This document shows positions 9,755-20,117 of a stretch of DNA of 64,000 nt, piece by piece; within the stretch, counting starts at the first letter, position 1, and each line of letters opens with the position of its first letter. A program made the translations under genes and the position numbers. A model generated the notes under the pieces. That model did not search any database. It worked only from the letters and a program-made list of their open reading frames with translations, and was not told where the DNA came from. This stretch comes from Candidatus Eiseniibacteriota bacterium (GTDB lineage Bacteria; Eisenbacteria; RBG-16-71-46; CAVPCR01): assembly GCA_963702435.1 (NCBI GenBank), contig CAVPCR010000003.1, positions 352,001 to 416,000 on the forward strand, in the 5' to 3' direction.

Positions 9755-10060
9755 CTAGTCGAGAATGTCGAGATCCGCTGCCTGCCCCCCGTGGGCCGCC
9801 CCGAGTGCGAGGAGCGTGCGGATCGCCTTCGCCGTGCGCCCGTTGCGCCCGATGACGTTGCCGAGATCGGCCGGCGCCACCCGGAGCTCGAAGAGCGATC
9901 CGCTCTCCCGCTTGAGCTCGGATACCTGCACCGCCGACGGGTCATCGACCAGCCCCTTCGCCAGGTAGGTGACCAGATCGCTGAGCCCGCTGGCGGGTTC
10001 GACGTGCGAGGCGGGAGTGCGCCGCCCCCGGAATACCTTGTCGCGCGGACGCCGTTTCAT
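9755..10060 (-). CDS. khpA: KH-domain RNA-binding protein KhpA
   Basis: LVDDPSAVQV..DLGNVIGRNGRTAKAIRTLL; lies between rpsP and rimM. Confidence 0.9.
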   Translation of the reverse strand: MKRRPRDKVFRGRRTPASHVEPASGLSDLVTYLAKGLVDDPSAVQVSELKRESGSLFELRVAPADLGNVIGRNGRTAKAIRTLLALGAAHGGQAADLDILD

Positions 10061-10071
10061 GGTCGCCCGCG

Positions 10072-10398
10072 TCAGGCCGGAGCCGCTTCGGAGGCGACAG
10101 CCGCCGCCTTGCCCTTGGCCGCAGCGCGCTTCCTGTCCTTCTGCGACATGGGCATCGGGCCGTGCTTCTTCCGCTTGATCAGGCGATCCACCGTCTCCGA
10201 AGGCTGGGCGCCCTTCTGGATCCAGTCGAGCACCCGCTCCTCGGCGAACTCGATCACCTCCGGGTGCGACATCGGATTGTAGAAGCCGACCGTCTCGATG
10301 AAGCGCCCGTCGCGCCGCATGCGCGAGTCGGCGACGACCATGTGATAGAAGGGCCGCTTCCGCGAGCCCGCCCGCCTGAGACGAATCACTACCGCCAT
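10072..10398 (-). CDS. rpsP: 30S ribosomal protein S16
   Basis: [43 protein letters not shown]. Confidence 0.97.
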   Translation of the reverse strand: MAVVIRLRRAGSRKRPFYHMVVADSRMRRDGRFIETVGFYNPMSHPEVIEFAEERVLDWIQKGAQPSETVDRLIKRKKHGPMPMSQKDRKRAAAKGKAAAVASEAAPA

Positions 10399-10490
10399 GA
10401 ACTCTCCTTGGGGTCTTCCCCGCTCCCGGGGATCGAGGCCCCGGCTGACCTGGCCGCCTTCTCGCCCGCCGCCTGTCGAGGCGGTGACGC

Positions 10491-11795
10491 CTAGCGCATG
10501 CGCACCCGGCCCAGGCGACCGCTGCCGAGGCGCTTCATGAGCTCTCGCATCTGCATGAACTGCTTGAGCAACCGATTCAGGTCCTGCACCGTGGTGCCCG
10601 ACCCGCGCGCGATGCGCTGCCGGCGGCTGCCGTCGATGATCTGCGGGCGCCGCCTCTCGTCGGGCGTCATCGCACAGATCATGCCCTCGATCTGCCGGAG
10701 CGCGCGCTCGTCCACCTTGAGATCGCCGATCGCGCCCATCCCCGGCAGCATCTTGAGCATGTCCTCGAGCGGACCGAGCTTCTTCAACTGCCGGAGCTGG
10801 TTCAGGAAATCGTCGAAGCCGAAGCCCTCCTTGCGCAGCTTCGCCTCGAGCTTCTCCGCCTCGCCCTCGTCGAAGGCCTCCTGGGCCTTCTCGACGAGCG
10901 AGACGACATCGCCCATCCCGAGGATGCGCGACGCCATCCGTTCCGGATGAAACGCATCGAGCGCGTCGATCCGCTCACCGACCGAGGCCAGCTTGATCGG
11001 CTTGCCGGTCACCGTGCGGATCGAGAGCGCCGCGCCGCCGCGGGCATCGCCGTCGAGCTTGGTCAACGCCACACCGTCGATACCGAGCTCGGCATCGAAC
11101 GTGCTCGCCGTGCGCACCGCGTCCTGCCCGGTCATGGCGTCAACGACGAGCAGCGTCTCCGCGGGCTTGACCGCCGCCTTGAGCGCCTTGAGCTCGGCCA
11201 TCATCGCCGCGTCCACGTGCAGGCGGCCGGCCGAGTCGATGATGACGAGATCGTACCCCTGCGCGCCCCGGAGCGCCTCCGTCGCCACCGCCACCGCGTC
11301 GCGCGCATCGCGCCGCGCGAAGACGGGGACCCCGCACTCCCGCCCCAGCACCTCGAGCTGGTCGATGGCCGCCGGCCGCACGAGATCGGCGGCGACGAGG
11401 AGCGGCCGCTCGCCCCGCTTTTGCGCCCGGCGCGCGAGCTTGGCGGCAAGCGTCGTCTTCCCCGAGCCCTGGAGCCCGGCGAGGAGGAGGACGGTCGGCG
11501 GCGTCGCGGCCCGTGCGATCTCGGCGGTCTCGCCGCCGAGGAGCGCCACGAGCTCGTCGTGCACGATCTTGATCACAAGCTGGCCGGGCTGGATCGACCG
11601 GAGCACATCCTGTCCGACCGCCTTCGCCTCCACGCGGCGGACGAAGTCCCGCACCACGTCGAACTGGACGTCCGCTTCGAGCAACGCCCGCCGCACCTCG
11701 CGGAGCGACTCGCGAACGTTGTCCTCGGTCAGCTTGCCGCGGTCGCGGAGGGCGCGGAAGACCTGCCCGAGCCGACCTGTGAGCTCGTCGAACAT
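10491..11795 (-). CDS. ffh: Signal recognition particle protein Ffh
   Basis: [37 protein letters not shown] domain [11 protein letters not shown]. Confidence 0.97.
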   Translation of the reverse strand: MFDELTGRLGQVFRALRDRGKLTEDNVRESLREVRRALLEADVQFDVVRDFVRRVEAKAVGQDVLRSIQPGQLVIKIVHDELVALLGGETAEIARAATPPTVLLLAGLQGSGKTTLAAKLARRAQKRGERPLLVAADLVRPAAIDQLEVLGRECGVPVFARRDARDAVAVATEALRGAQGYDLVIIDSAGRLHVDAAMMAELKALKAAVKPAETLLVVDAMTGQDAVRTASTFDAELGIDGVALTKLDGDARGGAALSIRTVTGKPIKLASVGERIDALDAFHPERMASRILGMGDVVSLVEKAQEAFDEGEAEKLEAKLRKEGFGFDDFLNQLRQLKKLGPLEDMLKMLPGMGAIGDLKVDERALRQIEGMICAMTPDERRRPQIIDGSRRQRIARGSGTTVQDLNRLLKQFMQMRELMKRLGSGRLGRVRMR

Positions 11796-12069
11796 CGGAT
11801 CCGAACCCTGGGGATGCGGGGGTGGCGAGCGCCGGCGGGTGCGCGCGCTCGCGTGCTCGAAGCAAAGGGGAAAGGCTACCAGCGGCCGCCCCCATCGCTC
11901 AAGCCCGAAGATGGACGGGAGTTAGCCCGGGCGGCCGGTCTCCCGGGGCGGCCGGGGGCGATCGCCGGTTCGCCGGCCCCGCGCGCCGACTCCGGGGACG
12001 CCCGGACCCCGACCCCGGTGTCGATCCCGGGCCGGGGCGGCATCCCCGCGCCCCAGGCGGCGCTTCCCG

Positions 12070-12765
12070 CTACTCCGACCGGGCCCCCGGGGTGGCGAGT
12101 GCCGCCTCGCGGAGAGCGCGGACCGCCCCCGCAGCGTCGCCTCGCCCGAAAACCGCGTTCCCGGCCACGAGGACCTCGGCTCCGGCCGCCACCACCTCGG
12201 GCGCCGTCGCCGGGGAGATGCCGCCATCCACCTCGATCACGTAGCGGAGTCTGTGGCGCGCCTTCCAGGCAGCCGCGGCCGCGATCTTCGGCACCACGTC
12301 CTTGCGGAAGGACTGGCCGGAGAACCCCGGGTGCACCGTCATGACGAGCAGGAGATCGAGCGCGGGCAGCACCTCGCGCACATCCTCGAACGGGGTGGCC
12401 GGATTGAGCGCCATCCCGACCCGGGCCCCGGCGGCCCGGATCCGGGCCGCGACCCGGGCCGGATCGTCGGTCGCCTCCCAGTGAAAGCTGATCCAGTCGG
12501 CGCCGGCCTTGCGGAACGGCTCGATGAAGTCCTCGGGGTCGGTGACCATGAGATGCGCGTCGAACTCGAGCCGGGTCACCGGGCGCAGGCCGGCCACGAC
12601 CGCCGGCCCGATGGTCAGATTCGGGACGAAGTGTCCGTCCATGATGTCGAGGTGGAGCCACTCGGCGCCGCCAGCCTCGGCGGCGCGAATTTCCTCGGCC
12701 AGGCGCGAAAAGTCGGCCGAGAGAATGGAGGGCGCGATGCGCACGTGCTTCTGGGTCAACGCCAA
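12070..12765 (-). CDS. rpe: Ribulose-phosphate 3-epimerase
   Basis: IAPSILSADF, HLDIMDGHFVPNLTIG, MTVHPGFSGQ, EVDGGI. Confidence 0.97.
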   Translation of the reverse strand: MALTQKHVRIAPSILSADFSRLAEEIRAAEAGGAEWLHLDIMDGHFVPNLTIGPAVVAGLRPVTRLEFDAHLMVTDPEDFIEPFRKAGADWISFHWEATDDPARVAARIRAAGARVGMALNPATPFEDVREVLPALDLLLVMTVHPGFSGQSFRKDVVPKIAAAAAWKARHRLRYVIEVDGGISPATAPEVVAAGAEVLVAGNAVFGRGDAAGAVRALREAALATPGARSE

Positions 12766-13544
12766 CCTCCGCGTCCTGACGCGATCGTCAGCTCGACGAG
12801 ATCGCCGCTTTGGATCCGGTAGCCCGGTGGCGGCTGCTGCTCGAGGATCTCACCCGGCGCCGCCGCGCGGGCGTCGCGGCTGCGCGAGGTCAGGCGGATG
12901 CCGGATCGCTCGAGCAACGAGCTCACTTCCTCGACCTGGCGCCCGCGCAGATCCGGAAGCAGGTAGGTGACCGCGCGCGGGCCGAGGCTGACCAGGAGAT
13001 CGATGCGCGCTCCGCTCTCGACGCGCGAGCGGGCCGGGGGATCGGAGGCGATGACCGCATCCTTGTCCACCGTCTCAGAGTGGGCAAGCACCAGCCGCCC
13101 GGCGCGCAACCCGCCGCGCGCGAGGCGCACCTGGGCGTCGCGCGAGTCGGTTCCGGTCAGATCCGGCACCTCCTGGCCGGCGCTCCCGATCGAGACCTTG
13201 AGCCGCACTTCCCGCCCCGTCTTGACCAGGCTCATCGGGGCCGGATCCTGCGCGGTCACGAACCCGTCGGGAAACTCCGCGCTCCACTCCTCGGCGACGT
13301 GGCCGACGCGCAGCCCCTCGCCCTCGAGCACGCGGCGGGCGCCCGCCAGCGGGCGGCCGACGACATCGGGCACCTGGATATCGTCGCCGTGCCCGAGGAG
13401 GGCGGGCATCACGATGAAGTTGAAGAGCGCGGTCCCCGCGATGAACCCCCCGGCCGCGAGCGCGGCCAGGCGCAGACCGCTGGCCCACGCGGGACGAGGG
13501 GGCCGGGCTGCCGTGTCGTTCGAGCGTGGAATCGAGGTCACCAC
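12756..13544 (-). CDS. Membrane-anchored PASTA-domain protein (3 PASTA repeats)
   Basis: N-terminal TM helix, then VPDVVG, VPDLTG, LPDLRG repeats with QDPAP/QQPPPG. Confidence 0.9.
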   Translation of the reverse strand: MVTSIPRSNDTAARPPRPAWASGLRLAALAAGGFIAGTALFNFIVMPALLGHGDDIQVPDVVGRPLAGARRVLEGEGLRVGHVAEEWSAEFPDGFVTAQDPAPMSLVKTGREVRLKVSIGSAGQEVPDLTGTDSRDAQVRLARGGLRAGRLVLAHSETVDKDAVIASDPPARSRVESGARIDLLVSLGPRAVTYLLPDLRGRQVEEVSSLLERSGIRLTSRSRDARAAAPGEILEQQPPPGYRIQSGDLVELTIASGRGGWR

Positions 13545-13701
13545 GCGCTCCTTCGTGACGCCGGCGCCGCCTCAGGGTCGGAACGGAACGAGGGTGCGGT
13601 CGCCGGGAACCGGGATGGACGCCGGCGCGTGAAGCACGCCCCCGTCCGCACGGCCATCGGATAGCACGGGGCGCAACGCGGCGCAAGCTGCGGCCGCCCC
13701 A

Positions 13702-15495
13702 TCAGCGCCCCGTCCGTCCGGCGCCGGGGCGCTGCGGAACCCGCGCCCCGGGACGCCGCGCATCCCGCGGGCGCGGACTCGAGCGCCGTCGCGCCTCGCG
13801 CGCGGCCGCCGAGTCCGGGGCGCCCTCACCCTCGTCGCGGTCCTCCGTCTCCGCGCCGTCCTCCCCGCTCGGCTGCGGTGCGCGCCGGCGGAGTCGCACC
13901 GCGAACACACCATCGGTCCCCCACTCGTCCGAGAGCACGCGCATGTAACCCTCGGACGTGACGGCGGCCGCCGGGATCCCGGGACCGGGCCGGTCCACCC
14001 GCCATCCGGGATGGCGGGCGAGAAAGGCCCTGACCTGGCGCTCGCACTCCTCGGGCTCGAAGCTGCAGACCGAGTAGACGAGCGCCCCGTCTGCGGCGAC
14101 GAGCTCCGCGGCGTGATCGAGGAGCTCCTTCTGGAGCGGCACCATCTCCTTGAACACGCCCTCGTTCTTGCGCCAGCGCGCATCGGCCCGCCGCCTCAGC
14201 ACGCCGAGCCCGGAGCACGGCGCGTCGACGAGCACCCGATCGAAGCTCCCGGGGCGCCCGAAGGTGCGGCCGTCGGCGAGGACGAGATCGGCGCGCGCCC
14301 CCATCCGCACGAGCCCCTCCCGGGTGCGCTTGAGCCGCGACGCCGCGATCTCGACGCCGACCACATGCGCCTCCCCGCGGCTCCACTCCGCGATGTGTCC
14401 GAGCTTGCCGCCCGGCCCCGCGCACAGATCGAGCACCCGCTGCCCGGGGCGCGGATTGAGGAGCGGCACGACGAGCGCTTCGCTCTCGTCCTGCACGGTG
14501 CATTGGCCGGTGCGGAACGCCTCCATCTCGTAGAGCACCGCGCCCGGGCCGAGGCGGAGACAATCGGAGCTCAGGCGCCCCGCCTCGACCTGGATCCCCG
14601 CCCTGCCGAGCGAGCGCTCGAGCTCGACCGCCGACGTGCGGCGCCGGTTGACGCGGATCGAGACCACGGCCGCCTCGTTGTTGGCGGCGAGCAGCCGCTG
14701 GGTCCGCTCCCGGCCGTAGCGCTCGAGCCAGCGGCGAACGATCCAGTCGGGATGCGATTCGTAGACGCCGAGCGCCTGGACCAGATCGGTCTCCAGATCG
14801 GGAAAGCTGATCTCGCGAAGCGCCTCGGGCAGGCGGCGGAGGACGGCGTTGACGAGCCCGGCGGTGCCCGGATGGCCGTACTTGTTGGCGAGCGCGACGG
14901 TCTCGTCGACCGCCGCGTGCCGGGGCACGCGATCGAGGAAGAGGAGCTGATAGGCGCCGAGGCGGAGGCACAGCCGGATCCAGATCGGCAGCTCGTCGAG
15001 CGGGCGGCGCGTGAGCTGGTTCAGGACGTGATCGAGCCGGCGCTCGAAGCGCAGCGTCCCCTGCACGATCTGGGTCGCCAGCCGGCGATCCTCGGCCCCG
15101 AGCCGCGCCTCGTCGAGGCGGCGGTCGAGATGGCGATCGGCGAACGCCGCCCGGCTCTCGACCTCGAAGAGCACGCGGAGGGCCACCTCGCGCGCCGAGG
15201 TGCGCGGTGCCGTTCTCGCGGGCGCTCTCCGCGGTGCCGCGCCGGGCGCGATTCCGATCGCCGGCGTGCCGCGCACCGGCGTGCCGCGCACCGGCGTGCC
15301 GCGCGCCGGCGTGCCGCGCGCCGGCGGCGCGCCCGGGCGTTCGCGCCGCCGATCGGAATCGGGCGATCGCTCCGGCCCGCGGCGGACCGCGGGCCGCCCC
15401 CGCTTCGGCCCGGGACTGCCCTGCTTCCGGTCGGGCTCGCCGCGCGGTTTCTTCTTCGCGGGCACCCGCCCCGGCCGGTGTTCGATGGCGTTCAT
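13702..15495 (-). CDS. rsmB: 16S rRNA m5C967 methyltransferase RsmB (NusB-like N-domain), long basic N-terminal extension
   Basis: YESHPDWIV, VQDESE, DLCAGPGGK, DAPCSGLG, YSVCS; follows fmt. Confidence 0.93.
   Translation of the reverse strand: MNAIEHRPGRVPAKKKPRGEPDRKQGSPGPKRGRPAVRRGPERSPDSDRRRERPGAPPARGTPARGTPVRGTPVRGTPAIGIAPGAAPRRAPARTAPRTSAREVALRVLFEVESRAAFADRHLDRRLDEARLGAEDRRLATQIVQGTLRFERRLDHVLNQLTRRPLDELPIWIRLCLRLGAYQLLFLDRVPRHAAVDETVALANKYGHPGTAGLVNAVLRRLPEALREISFPDLETDLVQALGVYESHPDWIVRRWLERYGRERTQRLLAANNEAAVVSIRVNRRRTSAVELERSLGRAGIQVEAGRLSSDCLRLGPGAVLYEMEAFRTGQCTVQDESEALVVPLLNPRPGQRVLDLCAGPGGKLGHIAEWSRGEAHVVGVEIAASRLKRTREGLVRMGARADLVLADGRTFGRPGSFDRVLVDAPCSGLGVLRRRADARWRKNEGVFKEMVPLQKELLDHAAELVAADGALVYSVCSFEPEECERQVRAFLARHPGWRVDRPGPGIPAAAVTSEGYMRVLSDEWGTDGVFAVRLRRRAPQPSGEDGAETEDRDEGEGAPDSAAAREARRRSSPRPRDARRPGARVPQRPGAGRTGR
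15261..15325. repeat. 15-bp tandem repeat x4 (PARGT/PVRGT) in the rsmB N-terminus
   Basis: ccggcgtgccgcgc(a/g) repeated four times. Confidence 0.85.
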
Positions 15496-16487
15496 GGTCG
15501 CCTCTCCGGAGACTTGAGCTCGGCGGCCGCTTCCTCTGCCCCGGGCAGCGACTCCCAGCGCGCGCCGGGAGCGAGCCGCCGCCCGCGCGCGAAGGCAGCC
15601 GCGCTCATCGCGCGCTTCCCCGCCGGCTTGACCACGCGCACGAGGAGCGAGCCCTCCCCGGTGGCGACGGTCAATCCCGCTTCCTCCACCGTGAGGATCG
15701 CGCCCGGCGCGTTCCTGCCTCCATCATGCCCGATCACGGGCTCCGCCGCGAGAATCTCGATCGGCTCGCCGGCGAGGACCGCGCGCGCTCCCGGCCAGCC
15801 GAGGACGGCGCGGATCTGCCGGTCGAGCCAGGCGGCGGGCTGGCTCCAGTCGAGATGTCCGTGCTCCTTCCGGAAGCGCGGCGCATAGGACGCGCCGTGC
15901 TCCCCCTGCGGCCGCGGCGCGAGCGTCCCCGCCGCGGCGGCCGCCACCGTCTCGACGACGAGGTCCGCCCCGCGCGCGGCGAGCCGGGCGGCGAGCGCGA
16001 CGTGGTCCTCGCGCTGGCCGACCGCCATGCGCTCGACACGGAGCAGATCCCCGGTGTCGATGCCCTCGTCCATGCGGATGGTGGCCACTCCCGTCTCGCG
16101 ATCGCCGGCGAGGATGGTCCACGGGATCGGCGCCACACCGCGGTGGCGAGGCAGGAGCGACGGGTGGAGATTCACCGGCATGAACCGGGGGAGATCGAGC
16201 ACGCGGCGGCGCAGGATGAGGCCGAAGGCGACGACGACGAGGAAATCGGGATGGAAGTCGCGAAGCGGTGCGGTGGCCTCCTCGTCGCGGAGCGTTGCCC
16301 GCTCGAGAACCGGCGCGCCGAGCTCGATGGCGCGCGCGGCGACGGGCGATGGCGCGGGGTGGAGGCCGCGGCCGCGCGGGCGGGCCGGCTGGGTGACCAC
16401 GAGGAGCTCGTGGCCCGCCTGCGCCAGGCGCTCGAGCGCGGGCACCGCGAACCCGGGTGTGCCCATGAAGACGATGCGGAGCGCCAT
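15492..16487 (-). CDS. fmt: Methionyl-tRNA formyltransferase
   Basis: RIVFMGTPGFAVP, VTQPARPRGRG, NLHPSLLPRHRG, GIDTGD. Confidence 0.97.
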   Translation of the reverse strand: MALRIVFMGTPGFAVPALERLAQAGHELLVVTQPARPRGRGLHPAPSPVAARAIELGAPVLERATLRDEEATAPLRDFHPDFLVVVAFGLILRRRVLDLPRFMPVNLHPSLLPRHRGVAPIPWTILAGDRETGVATIRMDEGIDTGDLLRVERMAVGQREDHVALAARLAARGADLVVETVAAAAAGTLAPRPQGEHGASYAPRFRKEHGHLDWSQPAAWLDRQIRAVLGWPGARAVLAGEPIEILAAEPVIGHDGGRNAPGAILTVEEAGLTVATGEGSLLVRVVKPAGKRAMSAAAFARGRRLAPGARWESLPGAEEAAAELKSPERRP

Positions 16488-16533
16488 GGCCTGTGGTCTG
16501 GATGCGGCGCGAGCCTCCTCGCCCGCGCCGCGC

Positions 16534-17064
16534 TCACGACGCCGCGAGCTCCGCGGCGATCGAGTCGAGCTGCCGCTTGAGGAGCTGGCGCCTGAGCGCC
16601 GACAGCCGATCGATGAAGAGGACGCCGTCGAGATGGTCCATCTCGTGCTGGATCGCCCGCGCGACGAGGCCGCGGCCGACGACCCGGAACGGTCGGCCCT
16701 CGACGTCGAGCGCCTCGAGCGTGACCGTCGCGTGTCGCTTCACCTTCTCGCGGAGCCCGGGAATGGACAGGCACCCCTCCTCGGACAGGATCTGGCCCTC
16801 GGCGCCGACGACGCGCGGGTTGACCGCCGTGAAACGCACGATCGGGCTCTCGGGGTCCTCGGGATCCTCGGGGCAGTCGACCACGAACAGGCGCAGCGAC
16901 ACCCCGATCTGCGGCGCCGCGATCCCCGCGCCTTCCTCGTCCGCGCAGGTCTCGTACATGTCGGCGACGAGCGCGCGCAGAGCGCCGGTGCCCGTCTCCT
17001 CCACCTCGGCTGCCTTCATCCGCAGCACAGGATCTCCATAGAAACGTAGATTACGTCTCGCCAT
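16534..17064 (-). CDS. def: Peptide deformylase
   Basis: GAGIAAPQIG, EGCLSIPG, QHEMDHLDG. Confidence 0.97.
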   Translation of the reverse strand: MARRNLRFYGDPVLRMKAAEVEETGTGALRALVADMYETCADEEGAGIAAPQIGVSLRLFVVDCPEDPEDPESPIVRFTAVNPRVVGAEGQILSEEGCLSIPGLREKVKRHATVTLEALDVEGRPFRVVGRGLVARAIQHEMDHLDGVLFIDRLSALRRQLLKRQLDSIAAELAAS

Positions 17065-17380
17065 CCTTCGAGCTTCCCTTGAGCGCCGTGATCGCCTGCT
17101 TGGCGACCTCGACCTTGGTGTTCTCAGCGATCTTCAAAACTACCACGTCGTCCCGCGTCCCAACAACCACGCCGTAGAGCCCGCCCTGCGTCAGCACCTC
17201 GTCTCCCTTCTTCAGGGCCGTGAGCATCTGCTGATGCTCCTTCTGGCGCTTGGACTGCGGGCGGATGAGGAGCATATAGAAGATGACGAAGATCAGAAGG
17301 AACGGGACGAGCTGCACCCAGAACGGCGCCGGCTCGGCCGCACCCTGCGGCCTCGCCATGGCCAAGACGACTCCCACCAT
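17051..17380 (-). CDS. yajC: Preprotein translocase subunit YajC
   Basis: FYMLLIRPQSKRQKEHQQML..LKKGDEVLTQGGLYG; GGAGGTG RBS before ATG 17380. Confidence 0.95.
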   Translation of the reverse strand: MVGVVLAMARPQGAAEPAPFWVQLVPFLLIFVIFYMLLIRPQSKRQKEHQQMLTALKKGDEVLTQGGLYGVVVGTRDDVVVLKIAENTKVEVAKQAITALKGSSKDGET

Positions 17381-17473
17381 GCGCACCTCCCACAATCGTT
17401 GTTCCCTACGTCTCTCGCGAACTTAAGCCGTTCTCTCCGCCGCGGCCGGCATCCTCGCCCGCACGGGCGGCGC

Positions 17474-18676
17474 TCACGGCCGCACCGTCCGGTCCGCCGC
17501 CGGGCGCTCGCGTCGCTCCGCCTCGCCGGCGGCGTACTCGGCCAGGAAGTCGCCACTCCAGCGGGCGAACGTCCCGGCGCCGATACTCTCCCGCATCTCG
17601 GCCATCATCGCCAGATAGAAAGAGACGCTGTGCAGCGTCGCCAGCCGCGGCCCGAGGATCTCCCCGGCATGGAAGAGATGCCGCAGGTACGCCCGCGAGA
17701 AGTTCGCGCACGCATAGCAGCGGCAGCGCTCGTCGATCGGCCGCGGATCGTCCTTCCACTCGGCGTTCTTGATCACGACCTTGCCCCGGCGCGTGAACAC
17801 GGTTCCGTTGCGGGCGTTGCGCGTCGGCAGGACGCAATCGAAGAGGTCCACGCCGGCGGCCACCGCCCGCACGATGTCGTCCGGGGCCCCTACCCCCATG
17901 AGATAGCGCGGCCGGTCCGCCGGGAGCACCTCATTCACGGCCGCCACCGCCGCGAAGGTCGCCGTCTTGGGCTCCCCCACCATGAAGCCCCCGAGCGCGT
18001 ACCCGGGGTAGTCGAGGGCGACCAGGTCGCGGGCCGCGGCCCGGCGGAGGGCGAGGTCCACACCGCCCTGGACGATGGCGAACGCGGCTCCCGGCGGCCC
18101 CCCGGCCGGGGTGCGGCACCCCGCCGCCGCCTGGGCCCCGAGGTGCGCCGCCGAGCGGACGGCCCAGGCCTGCGTGCGCTCGACCGCCGCGCAGAGGACC
18201 TCCGGGGGCGAGGGATAGGGCGGGCACACGTCGAGGAGCATCATCACGTCGGACCCCAGCGCGAGCTGCACGTCGAGCGCGCGCTCGGGCGTGAGCTCGA
18301 CCGGCGCACCGTCGAGATGCGAGCGAAAGCGCACGCCCTCGTCGCTGATGGCCACGCGGTCGGTGAGGCTCAGGACCTGATAGCCGCCGGAGTCGGTGAG
18401 GATCGGACGCGACCAGCCCATGAAGCGATGGAGCCCGCCGAGACGCGCCACGCGCTCCGGCCCCGGCCGGAGGAGGAGGTGGTACGTGTTGGCGAGGAGG
18501 ATCTCGACGCCGGCTTCCTCGAGCTCATGCGGGGTCATGGTCTTGACCGTGCCCTGCGTGCCGACGGGCATGAAGGCCGGCGTCGCGACCCGCCCGTGCG
18601 CGAGCTCGAGCACGCCCGCGCGCGCGCCGACCGCGGGCGCGGCGCCGCGCGGTGTGAAGCGGAGCACCGGATGCAC
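17474..18676 (-). CDS. tgt: Queuine tRNA-ribosyltransferase
   Basis: TPAFMPVGTQGTVK, LTDSGGYQ, PRYLMGVG, FDCVLPTRNARNG, CRCYAC zinc site; GTG start inferred. Confidence 0.96.
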   Translation of the reverse strand: MHPVLRFTPRGAAPAVGARAGVLELAHGRVATPAFMPVGTQGTVKTMTPHELEEAGVEILLANTYHLLLRPGPERVARLGGLHRFMGWSRPILTDSGGYQVLSLTDRVAISDEGVRFRSHLDGAPVELTPERALDVQLALGSDVMMLLDVCPPYPSPPEVLCAAVERTQAWAVRSAAHLGAQAAAGCRTPAGGPPGAAFAIVQGGVDLALRRAAARDLVALDYPGYALGGFMVGEPKTATFAAVAAVNEVLPADRPRYLMGVGAPDDIVRAVAAGVDLFDCVLPTRNARNGTVFTRRGKVVIKNAEWKDDPRPIDERCRCYACANFSRAYLRHLFHAGEILGPRLATLHSVSFYLAMMAEMRESIGAGTFARWSGDFLAEYAAGEAERRERPAADRTVRP

Positions 18677-18705
18677 GTCTTGACTCGCCAATCGCGTTCC
18701 CTGGT

Positions 18706-19836
18706 CTAGGCGATGAACATCGCGTCGCCGTACGAGAAGAAGAGGTACCCGCGCTCGACCGCCGCGGCGTAGGCGGCGAGCACCCGCTCCCGTCCGGCGA
18801 AGGCGCACACGAGCATGAGGAGCGTCGAGCGCGGCAGATGGAAGTTGGTGACGAGCGCATCCACCGCCTGGAACTCGTAGGGCGGATGGATGAAGAGCCC
18901 GCTCTCGCCGCTCCCGGCCAGGACGGTGCCGCCGGGGCCGCCGGCCGCGCGCGCAGCGCGCGCAGCGCGCGCCTGCGTCTCGAGGGTGCGGACGACCGTG
19001 GTGCCGACGGCGACGATGCGCCCCCCGCTCGCCCGCGCCGCGTTGATCTCGGCGGCCGCCGCCTCCGGGAGCGCGAACGCCTCCGGCTCGAGCTCGTGCT
19101 CGCGAATGTCCGCCGCCTGGACCGGGCGAAAGGTCCCGGGGCCCGGATGCAGCACGAGCCGCGCGATCCGCACGCCGCGGGCCGCGAGCCGCGCGAGGAG
19201 CTCGGGCGTGAAGTGGAGCCCCGCCGTCGGCGCCGCCACCCCACCCGGCACCCGCGAGTACACGGTCTGGTAATCGGTCACATCGCGCGCATCGTCCTCG
19301 CGTCCGAGGTACGGCGGGATGGGCACCCGCCCGTGCGTCTCGAGGAGCTCGTCCATCGGGCGCGGGCCGGCGAGGCGCACGAGCCGCCGTCCCCGCCCGA
19401 TCACGGCCACGACCTCGCCCTGGATCGCCCCGCCGGCGAGGACAAACCGGGTGCCGGGGACGAGGCTTCTCCCCGGCCTTCCGAGCGCTTCCCACAGACC
19501 ATCCGGACGCGCGCTCACGAGGAGGAGCTCGACGCGCCCGCCGGTCGCGGCCCGCACGCCGTAGAGCCGTGCCCTGATCACGCGCGTCTCGTTCAGCACG
19601 AGGCAGTCGCCGGCGACGAGAAAGCGTTCGAGATCGCGAAAGGCGGCGTGCGCGATCGACTCGGGCGCGCTGCCGGAGCGCGCGAGCACGAGGAGTCGCG
19701 CCGCGTCGCGCACGGCGGGCGGGCGGGTCGCGATGAGCTCCGGCGGCAGGCGGAACTCATAGGACGCGGTGTGGTAGATCGCGTCCGCGGGAAGGGAGGC
19801 GGGGGCCGCCGGGTCTCGCTCCACCTCGACGCTCAC
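18706..19836 (-). CDS. queA: S-adenosylmethionine:tRNA ribosyltransferase-isomerase
   Basis: LPPELIA, VLNETRVI, YQTVYS..VAAPTAGLHF, VGTTVVRTLE, TNFHLPRSTL, FFSYGDAM; GTGA overlap with the upstream gene. Confidence 0.96.
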   Translation of the reverse strand: MSVEVERDPAAPASLPADAIYHTASYEFRLPPELIATRPPAVRDAARLLVLARSGSAPESIAHAAFRDLERFLVAGDCLVLNETRVIRARLYGVRAATGGRVELLLVSARPDGLWEALGRPGRSLVPGTRFVLAGGAIQGEVVAVIGRGRRLVRLAGPRPMDELLETHGRVPIPPYLGREDDARDVTDYQTVYSRVPGGVAAPTAGLHFTPELLARLAARGVRIARLVLHPGPGTFRPVQAADIREHELEPEAFALPEAAAAEINAARASGGRIVAVGTTVVRTLETQARAARAARAAGGPGGTVLAGSGESGLFIHPPYEFQAVDALVTNFHLPRSTLLMLVCAFAGRERVLAAYAAAVERGYLFFSYGDAMFIA

Positions 19837-20069
19837 CGCCGGGAGAGAGCTCTCACGAGGTTGACCGCGACCGTGACGGCCAGGCTCACGAGGAGCGCCG
19901 AGGTGATCGGGAAGTAGACGCGCACACTGCCCCGCTCGAAGCGGAGATCCCCCGGCAACCGGCCGAGCCCGAGGCGGCCGAGACCGAGCCGCTCGCCGAA
20001 GAGGAGGAGGAGGCCCGCGGCGCCGAGGGCGGCCCCGGCGAGGAGGAGCAGCTTGCCGAGATGGGTCAT
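19833..20069 (-). CDS. DUF2905-type small membrane protein
   Basis: LGRLPGDLRFERGSVRVYFPITSALLVS; typical between ruvB and queA. Confidence 0.85.
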   Translation of the reverse strand: MTHLGKLLLLAGAALGAAGLLLLFGERLGLGRLGLGRLPGDLRFERGSVRVYFPITSALLVSLAVTVAVNLVRALSRR

Positions 20070-20117
20070 GACATCCAGTGCGCCGTGGCTTGCAGCCGGT
20101 GGTCCCTCGCCGGACGG

